A stretch of 43,981 nucleotides of DNA, taken from IMG/VR virus record IMGVR_UViG_3300012663_000778, positions 1 to 43,981 of that record. One strand, given 5' to 3'. A program made the position numbers and the translations under genes. Of the stretch, positions 1 to 6,288 are shown one piece after another. Below the pieces are notes generated by a model. That model was given only the letters and a program-made list of their open reading frames with translations, was not told the DNA's origin and did not search any database. This stretch comes from a virus (lineage: Duplodnaviria > Caudoviricetes). Each line of letters opens with the position of its first letter. Position 1 is the first letter of the stretch.

Positions 1-88
1 AATCGTCTATAATAGTGCGGTAGCGGTGAGTCGAATCAACGATTGTGCCATCCATATCGTAAATTGAAACTTTTGTAATCTTAGCCAT
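1..88 (-). CDS. HAD-family phosphatase, N-terminal part only (T5 dmp-like deoxynucleoside-5'-monophosphatase)
   Basis: Not in the ORF track. ATG at 88 with AAAAGGA upstream; translates MAKITKVSIYDMDGTIVDSTHRYRTIIDD, containing HAD motif I DxDGT. Runs off the window edge; lies near the A2-like gene, as dmp does in T5. Confidence 0.7.
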   Translation of the reverse strand, partial: MAKITKVSIYDMDGTIVDSTHRYRTIIDD

Positions 89-114
89 TTAAATCCTTTT
101 TTCTGTATGTGCTA

Positions 115-144
115 ATTATACATCAGAAAAAACAAAAAAGCCAA
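115..144 (-). promoter_or_regulatory. sigma70-like promoter for the HAD phosphatase gene
   Basis: Minus strand TTGGCT-18 bp-TATAAT, 26 bp upstream of the ATG at 88. Confidence 0.55.
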
Positions 145-175
145 TCCCCTACAAAAAATATGTTATAAATAATGC

Positions 176-205
176 TTGACACGGATCAAAATTATATGCT
201 ATAAT
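176..205 (+). promoter_or_regulatory. consensus sigma70 promoter, antisense to the pre-early genes
   Basis: TTGACA (176-181), 18 bp, TATAAT (200-205) with TGn extended -10; no credible + strand CDS follows. Confidence 0.65.
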
Positions 206-249
206 TTTGGCGCCTGTGGTTTTTAAGCAACAGTCGCTTGAAGCGACCA

Positions 250-283
250 GTTAAAATTGAAAACCTGAGTTTTCAATTTTAAC
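250..283. repeat. 15-bp perfect inverted repeat containing an 18-bp operator-like palindrome
   Basis: GTTAAAATTGAAAAC-CTGA-GTTTTCAATTTTAAC. Confidence 0.85.
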
Positions 284-304
284 AGCAGTTGCAAACCTAG
301 GTAT

Positions 305-655
305 TCAAAATGATACAATATCTAAATCATAGTAAGCATTAAAATATTCTCGCCATTCTGTAAAACGTGATTCTGCATTATGAGCAATATCTAGGTCATT
401 TTCCATTTGCCAAGCATGAACATATTCATGCGCTAATGTGCCAAACAAATCAAGGTCTGATTTCATTTCGCTAGTGGCAATTCTAATTCTATGAAAAATT
501 TTCTTTTCTGAGAATTTTTCGCCTTCATACATTCCCATACAAGAATCACCATCAAAGCGCAAAGTCTTATTTTTTGAAAAATGAACCCTATGCTTCAACT
601 TGAATTCATCTTGAAGCATAAGCTGGAATAGTCTAAATTTATCAGATTTAATCAT
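305..655 (-). CDS. SprT-like zinc metallopeptidase-motif protein
   Basis: 116 aa; TLAHEYVHAWQ (HExxH) followed by a downstream His (AHNAESRF). Confidence 0.6.
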   Translation of the reverse strand: MIKSDKFRLFQLMLQDEFKLKHRVHFSKNKTLRFDGDSCMGMYEGEKFSEKKIFHRIRIATSEMKSDLDLFGTLAHEYVHAWQMENDLDIAHNAESRFTEWREYFNAYYDLDIVSF

Positions 656-678
656 AGTTTATTGTAACATATAAAACC

Positions 679-703
679 ATAGCAGGGGCTCAGCCCCTGC
701 TAT
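679..703 (-). terminator. intrinsic terminator after the A2-like gene
   Basis: ATAGCAGGGGC-TCA-GCCCCTGCTAT hairpin 3 bp after the stop at 707, followed by GGTTTTAT on the minus strand. Confidence 0.65.
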
Positions 704-706
704 TTG

Positions 707-1027
707 TTAGCCTTTAGCTTTGATAAAATCCACAATCTTAGCAAGTGCAGTTTTATTAGCCTTAGTAAGCGAATCAGCATCAGCCTCAGACAAGCCCAAC
801 TCTTGAGCAATAAAATCAGCGTGTGCATCTTTACGCACAACAGCTTCACCAGTTTTTGTTACATAGCTTTTAGCAATGTAAACTTTTTCTCGTGAAAGTT
901 TAGCAACAACAGAACGAACAGATTTCCCAAGAGAATCCGCAATGGCTTCAACAGTCATTCCGTCTTGATATTGCACGATCATTTTTTCTGTTTGATCAGC
1001 AGTGTAATTTACAGTTTTTGCAGTCAT
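707..1027 (-). CDS. A2: T5 A2-like pre-early DNA-binding protein
   Basis: MTAKTVNYTADQTEKM...VEAIADSLGKSVRSVVAKLSREKVY...LTKANKTAL: HTH-like pattern I recognise as the A2 family. Start moved to the ATG at 1027 (AAAGGG RBS). Confidence 0.7.
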   Translation of the reverse strand: MTAKTVNYTADQTEKMIVQYQDGMTVEAIADSLGKSVRSVVAKLSREKVYIAKSYVTKTGEAVVRKDAHADFIAQELGLSEADADSLTKANKTALAKIVDFIKAKG

Positions 1028-1050
1028 TTTATACCCTTTCAAAGTATTAT

Positions 1051-1272
1051 TTAAGTAACCCAACCATCTTCACGCAATGTCTTGCGACCTTGCTCAGATT
1101 GTAACATATGATCAAATGTTTTGTCTATATCTTTTATAGCCTTGATCAAATTTTCTTTTGTATCCAAACCTTCCCAATCCCTTGGTCGCCAACCATAAAA
1201 ATCTTTATGGTAGTCTGAATAATGGCTTGCTAGATCATTTAGTGACCATGTGCTATAATCTGTAGTGGTCAT
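1051..1272 (-). CDS. conserved phage hypothetical protein (YSDYHKDFYGWRPR motif)
   Basis: 73 aa; start overlaps the upstream stop (TAATG). Confidence 0.7.
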   Translation of the reverse strand: MTTTDYSTWSLNDLASHYSDYHKDFYGWRPRDWEGLDTKENLIKAIKDIDKTFDHMLQSEQGRKTLREDGWVT

Positions 1273-1376
1273 TAGAACCAGTCCCCATTGTGATCACGTG
1301 ATAAATACATTGCAATAAAGCAAGGCAATAAAGCAATAGCTAATACAAGTATCATCTGAAAAATAAATTGCATCAT
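1272..1376 (-). CDS. small single-pass membrane protein, 34 aa
   Basis: Not in the track. MMQFIFQMILVLAIALLPCFIAMYLSRDHNGDWF; first ORF after the promoter at 1402-1430; TAATG coupling to the next gene. Confidence 0.6.
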   Translation of the reverse strand: MMQFIFQMILVLAIALLPCFIAMYLSRDHNGDWF

Positions 1377-1401
1377 AATGTTTCTTTCTGTCTATGTATT
1401 T

Positions 1402-1430
1402 ATTATAAATCAGTCAGACTAAAACGTCAA
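1402..1430 (-). promoter_or_regulatory. sigma70 pre-early promoter
   Basis: Minus strand TTGACG-17 bp-TATAAT with an A/T-rich upstream element. Confidence 0.75.
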
Positions 1431-1547
1431 GATAATTTTTTAGTTTCACCAAAATACAACATAGGTGTTTATCCCTATTGACAAATACAAATGAATACTT
1501 TTGTTTGCAAAAGTAAATGGTCGCTTGAAGCGACCAATACATGCGAA

Positions 1548-1559
1548 GTAAGTGCTCAC
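1548..1559. promoter_or_regulatory. SlmA-binding-site-like box (2 mismatches)
   Basis: GTAAGTGCTCAC inside the imperfect palindrome TGCGAAGTAAGTGCTCACTTCGCA (1542-1565). Confidence 0.55.
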
Positions 1560-1626
1560 TTCGCAGTGGCGCCTACACTGGCGCCAGTACTTTGGCGCAC
1601 ACACTATGGCGCCCCTTCGGGGCGAA

Positions 1627-1638
1627 GTGAGTACTCAC
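1627..1638. promoter_or_regulatory. perfect SlmA-binding-site consensus
   Basis: GTGAGTACTCAC inside the 20-bp perfect palindrome CGAAGTGAGTACTCACTTCG (1623-1642). Confidence 0.65.
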
Positions 1639-1652
1639 TTCGGAAAGTGTAA

Positions 1653-1664
1653 GTGAGTACTCAC
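1653..1664. promoter_or_regulatory. perfect SlmA-binding-site consensus
   Basis: GTGAGTACTCAC inside the 16-bp perfect palindrome AAGTGAGTACTCACTT (1651-1666). Confidence 0.65.
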
Positions 1665-1719
1665 TTCACGGAGTAACCCTACTGGCATCAGGGTCTTTAT
1701 TGATTATAGGGGTAAACCC

Positions 1720-1878
1720 TTAATCAATATCTATTCTCATTATCTTATTATCTCGGATAATAAAATACATATTAATATTATTAAGCATAACCCATATACA
1801 GTTATTACCTTTGGCAATAGAATATTGCCTATTAGGGTATTTTCTTTGCATATACTCATTTACAATTAATGTATTCAT
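1720..1878 (-). CDS. small hypothetical protein, 52 aa
   Basis: Not in the track. MNTLIVNEYMQRKYPNRQYSIAKGNNCIWVMLNNINMYFIIRDNKIMRIDID with a GAGGA RBS. Confidence 0.6.
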   Translation of the reverse strand: MNTLIVNEYMQRKYPNRQYSIAKGNNCIWVMLNNINMYFIIRDNKIMRIDID

Positions 1879-1883
1879 ATTAT

Positions 1884-2003
1884 TTATTCCTCATTAAAAT
1901 ATTGTGCAATAGCAGAATTATATTCTGTCATATTATTAAATTTAATATCGTGCTTATTGCAAAACATTTTAAATTCTAGTATTTGTTTATCTGTATATTT
2001 CAT
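1884..2003 (-). CDS. small hypothetical protein, 39 aa
   Basis: Not in the track. MKYTDKQILEFKMFCNKHDIKFNNMTEYNSAIAQYFNEE with an AGGA RBS. Confidence 0.55.
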   Translation of the reverse strand: MKYTDKQILEFKMFCNKHDIKFNNMTEYNSAIAQYFNEE

Positions 2004-2028
2004 TATATAATCCTATTTATTAATATTA

Positions 2029-2058
2029 AATATAATAAGGGTTGCCCCTTATTATATT
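2029..2058 (-). terminator. hairpin / possible terminator after 2057..2419
   Basis: AATATAATAAGGG-TTGC-CCCTTATTATATT 13-bp stem overlapping the stop codon. Confidence 0.5.
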
Positions 2059-2419
2059 ATCCATTCATTCCGATTTGTTTACATAATGCCCGAAATTGTG
2101 ATAATGGCATATCGGAACGCATACGATTAATACCATCACAAGCTAATATAATATTACCTACATTATAACCCTGAGCATTATCTATTCTATCCATTGTGCA
2201 TAATGTAAATATAACCGCACCTTCAATTAAACCACGTTCAATGGTCATTATCTCGCCAGTATGAAAACATAATCCATTTTGACCATAATATAATCCGCAA
2301 AGATAATCGATTGTGACATTATCATCTGAAACCCGATTATTCATTTTATCCCTTGAACGTGCCATTTTAAGGGATTTTGCAAAAAAGTGTTGTAAGGGTG
2401 AACGTGTGCTTTTAGCCAT
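2057..2419 (-). CDS. HNH-like (His-Me finger) endonuclease-family protein
   Basis: QNGLCFHTG...MDRIDNAQGYNVGNIILACDGINRMR, the DRID-GY-GN-C-N pattern of phage HNH-like proteins; GAGG RBS. Confidence 0.6.
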   Translation of the reverse strand: MAKSTRSPLQHFFAKSLKMARSRDKMNNRVSDDNVTIDYLCGLYYGQNGLCFHTGEIMTIERGLIEGAVIFTLCTMDRIDNAQGYNVGNIILACDGINRMRSDMPLSQFRALCKQIGMNG

Positions 2420-2451
2420 TTTGAGAACCTCTGTTTTGTTGAACTTGAGTA

Positions 2452-2478
2452 ATTATAACGTGTTTTTGGCATGGTCAA
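2452..2478 (-). promoter_or_regulatory. possible sigma70 promoter for 2057..2419
   Basis: Minus strand TTGACC-15 bp-TATAAT; the spacer is short. Confidence 0.4.
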
Positions 2479-2712
2479 ACCCCTAATTTTAAACCTTGAA
2501 AACAAGAGTATTCATTTTGAAAAATGTGTGCTAAAATACAACATAGGTGTTTACCCTTAGTACGTTAAAAGTGAGTACCTTGGTTCACAAACATACTATA
2601 CCCCTAGGGGTAGGGCGGTTTCCAGACACTTGATTTTGCATTGTATGCCTGGCCCACCGTCATGCGGTATTTTTAAGAATATTCTACAAAACTTTGGGTG
2701 CCAAATCTAAGC

Positions 2713-2741
2713 TTGACACAGATAGCTTACTGTGCTATAAT
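2713..2741 (+). promoter_or_regulatory. consensus sigma70 promoter for the late/packaging operon
   Basis: TTGACA-17 bp-TATAAT with TGn extension. Confidence 0.8.
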
Positions 2742-2766
2742 CTACAATCGGCAAAAAATTTTCAAC

Positions 2767-2796
2767 TTGCTCCTAAACTGCCCTTGGTGGTATAAT
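2767..2796 (+). promoter_or_regulatory. second tandem promoter upstream of terS
   Basis: AAAAAATTTT UP-like tract, then TTGCTC-18 bp-TATAAT with TGn extension. Confidence 0.65.
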
Positions 2797-2815
2797 AACC
2801 GCAGAGAGGCCCCAA

Positions 2816-3316
2816 ATGTCAAAAAATCTACCAACTCATACCCCTGCGGAAGTCTTAGAAATCTCACCGGAATCTTTAGAGATTGCTAATTCTTACCTTC
2901 AACTCCAAGACGCGCATCAAGTTGCCGATAATTTGGATATTCCCGTACATCTTGTAACCACTACCTTAAATCGCAGAGATGTAAAAGCATACATCGACCA
3001 AGTATTCTTTGACGTAGGTTTCAACAATCGTTTTAAAATGCGCTCTGCGATGGATGCCATTATCAGGAAGAAGTTCCAAGAACTAGAAGAAGCTGAGATT
3101 GGTTCAAATAAGGACATTTCAGAATTGCTGGCACTTTCACATAAGATGACCATGGAGCAACTAGACAGACAAATTGAACTGGAAAAAGTTCGTTCAGCTC
3201 AAATCAAATCGCAGGTAAATGTACAGATCAATGATGCAGGTGGGGCTCAAGGTGATGGAACTCGTTACGGACGTTTAATTCAACAACTAGTAAATCTTGA
3301 TGGAGATCAAAAATAA
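2816..3316 (+). CDS. terS: terminase small subunit (T5-like)
   Basis: ISPESLEIANSYLQ...YIDQVFFDVGFNNRFK...SNKDISELL resembles T5-type TerS; first gene of the late operon; GAGG RBS. Confidence 0.75.
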   Translation: MSKNLPTHTPAEVLEISPESLEIANSYLQLQDAHQVADNLDIPVHLVTTTLNRRDVKAYIDQVFFDVGFNNRFKMRSAMDAIIRKKFQELEEAEIGSNKDISELLALSHKMTMEQLDRQIELEKVRSAQIKSQVNVQINDAGGAQGDGTRYGRLIQQLVNLDGDQK

Positions 3317-4005
3317 TGTTTAAAACAACTTACATAGAAGAATTTGGTTATCGTTCAGCCTCAGAAATTAATTCAGCAATGGGTCGCGTATATGCACACA
3401 TGAGTGTGGCTGTGCTTGTGAGTATGTTTGTTAGCTACTTTGTAGGTACTACACCAGAACTATTAGCATTATTTTTTACCGGTATAACAAAATGGCTTGT
3501 AATATTTGCTCCACTAGCAGCAATATTTGGGGTCAGCTATGTGTTAGGCAATAATCCTAGTAAGAGTACTGCTCAGCTGTGTTTACATGGTTTTGCCGCT
3601 TTAATGGGTCTTAGCTTTGCTACTATCTTTGCTGTGTTTGCTATGGGATCAATTGTTTCAGCGTTTATGAGTGCCGCAGTGTTATTTGCAGTCATGAGCG
3701 GCTATGGTTACTTTACTCGTCGTAGTTTAGACAGTGTTGGCAAATTCATGTTTGTTGGGTTGGTGGCCATTGTGATTGCCAGCATCATTAACATATTCAT
3801 TGGAAGCACCGTGATGCAAATGGCAATTTCAGCCATAGCTGTTATCATATTTTTAGGTTTAACTGCTTACGATACACAAAAGATTCGTGAACAACTTGCT
3901 GTAAATACCACACCGGCCGCAGAAGTATCGGGCGCACTAACTTTATACTTAGACTTCATTAACTTGTTTTTACACTTACTGCAACTATTTGGTTCTCGAC
4001 GATAA
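3316..4005 (+). CDS. Bax inhibitor-1 / YccA-YbhL family membrane protein
   Basis: About 7 hydrophobic helices; TAYDTQKI and GALTLYLDFINLFLHLLQLFG family signatures. Confidence 0.9.
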   Translation: MFKTTYIEEFGYRSASEINSAMGRVYAHMSVAVLVSMFVSYFVGTTPELLALFFTGITKWLVIFAPLAAIFGVSYVLGNNPSKSTAQLCLHGFAALMGLSFATIFAVFAMGSIVSAFMSAAVLFAVMSGYGYFTRRSLDSVGKFMFVGLVAIVIASIINIFIGSTVMQMAISAIAVIIFLGLTAYDTQKIREQLAVNTTPAAEVSGALTLYLDFINLFLHLLQLFGSRR

Positions 4006-4574
4006 TGACACTGGTTAACGACGGGGACGTATTTGACAAAATAGCCGCTCAAGATCTTTGGTGTACAGATAAGCTGATATTATCAAAACGCTTGGGCCAC
4101 TATTGTGGTCCAGCAGGCATTGCCCCTAAGCCAGGTACTTACATAGTACGACCTGCTATAAATTTACGAATGATGAGTCGTGGTGCCAGCATAGAATACT
4201 TAGACCGAGATTCAATCCCAGACGGGTATTTTTGGTCTGAAGTGTTTACAGGTCGTCACCTATCATTTGACTATCACTGGGGCACACAAGCTTTAGCAGT
4301 TGAGGGATTTCGCGATAGTCAGAGACTAGATAGATTTAGTCGTTGGACTAAGGTCACAGACTGTTTTGAACTACCTGAAATACTGCAAGAAGTAGCTGAC
4401 AGGTACGAGTGGTTTAATGTAGAAGTCATTGGCGATCGTGTAATAGAAGTACACTTCAGATACAACGATGATTTTGCTAATCATGAAGCCAATACAATCA
4501 TACCCGTTTGGCAAGAAGACTTTTACCCCAGTGCATACGGGGACAGAATAGGATTTATATTAAAAAATGATTAA
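4005..4574 (+). CDS. phage hypothetical protein with an ATP-grasp-like pattern
   Basis: DKLILSK..YIVRP..SEVFTGRHLSFD..FNVEVIGDRVIEVHFR follows ATP-grasp motif order; coupled to both neighbours. Confidence 0.5.
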   Translation: MTLVNDGDVFDKIAAQDLWCTDKLILSKRLGHYCGPAGIAPKPGTYIVRPAINLRMMSRGASIEYLDRDSIPDGYFWSEVFTGRHLSFDYHWGTQALAVEGFRDSQRLDRFSRWTKVTDCFELPEILQEVADRYEWFNVEVIGDRVIEVHFRYNDDFANHEANTIIPVWQEDFYPSAYGDRIGFILKND

Positions 4575-4656
4575 TGAAGTTATTTTTGCCCTAGTTATGG
4601 TAATAGTAGTAGCCATAGTACTGTGGGATATGAGAAATAATGAACCAAGAGAATAA
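4567..4656 (+). CDS. small membrane protein, 29 aa
   Basis: Not in the track. MINEVIFALVMVIVVAIVLWDMRNNEPRE fills the gap between flanking genes. Confidence 0.45.
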   Translation: MINEVIFALVMVIVVAIVLWDMRNNEPRE

Positions 4657-4659
4657 ACT

Positions 4660-5310
4660 ATGTTAGAAACAATTTGTGATGTGATGTTGGATGCATACAA
4701 ACGCAATTGGATTACATCGCGTGATGGTAATGTCAGCATTCGTCATCATGACCGTGATCACTTTTATATTACGCCCTCCGGAACACGTAAGCAAACCTTA
4801 CAGCCAGATCAGTTTAAGAAGATTGGTATTGAGACTGGATACTATGATCAACCTCCTCGTCTCTATCATGCCAGTAAAGAACTGCCCTACACGGATATCA
4901 GTGCTAATCTTAAACCGTCGGGAGAATTGCCGTTACACTTTGGTTTGCAAAAAGAAATGGGCCAACATACTGGAGATGTCAGAGTAGTAGTACATGTGCA
5001 CCCTACTTACTGTATTGCCGCAATGCATGCTGGCATTGAGTTGAGTAAGGTAAGTGCAGCGTTTCCAGAATTGAATCGTTATACTCGTGTAGCGCCTAAT
5101 GTAGGCGATGTAGCACCAATATCTCAAGAGTTAGCAGATCGCTGCCATGAAAGTTTAGAGTTAGACCAAAATGGTAATATTAATTATGACATTGTGGGAA
5201 TTAAGGGTCATGGTGTAGTTGCTATTGATACGTCACCTTGGCGTGCCTATGAACACATAGAACGCTTAGAACACATTTGCAAGATTGTACTTGCGTCAGG
5301 AGAGTATTAA
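4660..5310 (+). CDS. class II aldolase/adducin family protein
   Basis: GNVS, ITPSG, PSGELPLH, VVHVHP and GHGV metal-binding motifs. Confidence 0.88.
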   Translation: MLETICDVMLDAYKRNWITSRDGNVSIRHHDRDHFYITPSGTRKQTLQPDQFKKIGIETGYYDQPPRLYHASKELPYTDISANLKPSGELPLHFGLQKEMGQHTGDVRVVVHVHPTYCIAAMHAGIELSKVSAAFPELNRYTRVAPNVGDVAPISQELADRCHESLELDQNGNINYDIVGIKGHGVVAIDTSPWRAYEHIERLEHICKIVLASGEY

Positions 5311-5471
5311 TGTTAGCAATCCTCAACAAATCAATAACTCCACTTTGTGTGACACTAGCCTACGTATCGTACTCAAATCCTAGTCACTGTGGCGGGATGC
5401 ATTTAGAAATGCCCTTAATGTGGCTAGTAATGGCACTAGCACATATACAGCCATGGTTTGGCAAGGATTAA
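5310..5471 (+). CDS. small hydrophobic hypothetical protein, 53 aa
   Basis: TAATG coupling; MLAILNK...MPLMWLVMALAHIQPW. Confidence 0.55.
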   Translation: MLAILNKSITPLCVTLAYVSYSNPSHCGGMHLEMPLMWLVMALAHIQPWFGKD

Positions 5472-5472
5472 A

Positions 5473-6288
5473 ATGGCTAATACTTATAGGTCAATTTTCA
5501 TATCTGATGTACACTTAGGTACCAGAGATTGCCAAGCCGATAAGTTAAATAACTTCCTAAAGAACAATTCATGCGATACCTTATACCTTGTAGGCGATAT
5601 CATAGATGCGTGGAAGATTCAACAGAATAAGTGGCGTTGGAAGCAGTCACATACCAATGTAGTGCGCAGAGTTCTAGGCCATGCTAAGCGCGGTACCCGA
5701 GTAGTATACGTAGCAGGTAATCATGACGAATTCCTAAGACCAATGATTCCTTATGGATTTAGTTTCGGGTTAGTGGAAATACACAATCAAATAGAGCATA
5801 TAGGTGCTGATGGAAAGCACTACCTAGTAGTACACGGCGACCTATTTGATGGTATTACCAGATTAGCGCCTTGGATAGCTTTTCTAGGAGATCGTGCATA
5901 TGATTTCATCCTTGCTGTCAATAGTAAGTATAATTGGATACGTCATCGTATGGGTTTTGGTTACTTTAGCCTTAGCCAGTTTCTTAAGCATAGAGTTAAA
6001 AAAGCTGTAGACTTTATGTTTAAGTTTGAACATAATCTTGCTGGCTACTGTAAGAAGCGCGGCTTTGATGGTGTGATATGTGGACATATACATCATGCTG
6101 AGATAAAAGTGATTGATGGTGTAACATACATGAATGACGGCGACTGGGTTGAGTCGTGCACTGCCTTAGTAGAGCACCATTCAGGTCACTGGGAAATCAT
6201 TACTTGGACTAAGGAGAAAGATAATGTGGTTATTGATCCTAATAGCAGTTCACATGAAGAATCCACAGGACCAACCGGGAAAGATTGA
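5473..6288 (+). CDS. calcineurin-like metallophosphoesterase (UDP-2,3-diacylglucosamine hydrolase LpxH-like)
   Basis: SDVHLG, LVGDIID, GNHD, HGD, GHIH and NDGDWVESCTAL motifs; start at 5473 after AAGGA. Confidence 0.85.
   Translation: MANTYRSIFISDVHLGTRDCQADKLNNFLKNNSCDTLYLVGDIIDAWKIQQNKWRWKQSHTNVVRRVLGHAKRGTRVVYVAGNHDEFLRPMIPYGFSFGLVEIHNQIEHIGADGKHYLVVHGDLFDGITRLAPWIAFLGDRAYDFILAVNSKYNWIRHRMGFGYFSLSQFLKHRVKKAVDFMFKFEHNLAGYCKKRGFDGVICGHIHHAEIKVIDGVTYMNDGDWVESCTALVEHHSGHWEIITWTKEKDNVVIDPNSSSHEESTGPTGKD

Larger units (their letters stand above)
1451..1722. repeat. non-coding cluster of palindromes and direct repeats
   Basis: 21-bp repeat shared with 2533-2553; TGAATAC-N4-GTTTGCA; TGGTCGCTTGAAGCGACCA; three GTRAGTRCTCAC boxes; four TGGCGC; TAGG-N-CCCT boxes. 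Confidence 0.9.

Noticed and set aside
1478-1510. TTGACA as a + strand promoter
   Set aside because: No -10 element at 16-18 bp spacing.
1542-1670. Mini-CRISPR array or tRNA in the palindrome cluster
   Set aside because: Repeats are only 12-24 bp with irregular spacing, there are no cas genes, and I see no cloverleaf or T-loop.
704-2889. + strand ORFs 704..895, 1983..2168 and 2698..2889
   Set aside because: They are antisense to better-supported genes or overlap promoters, and lack an RBS or recognisable motifs.
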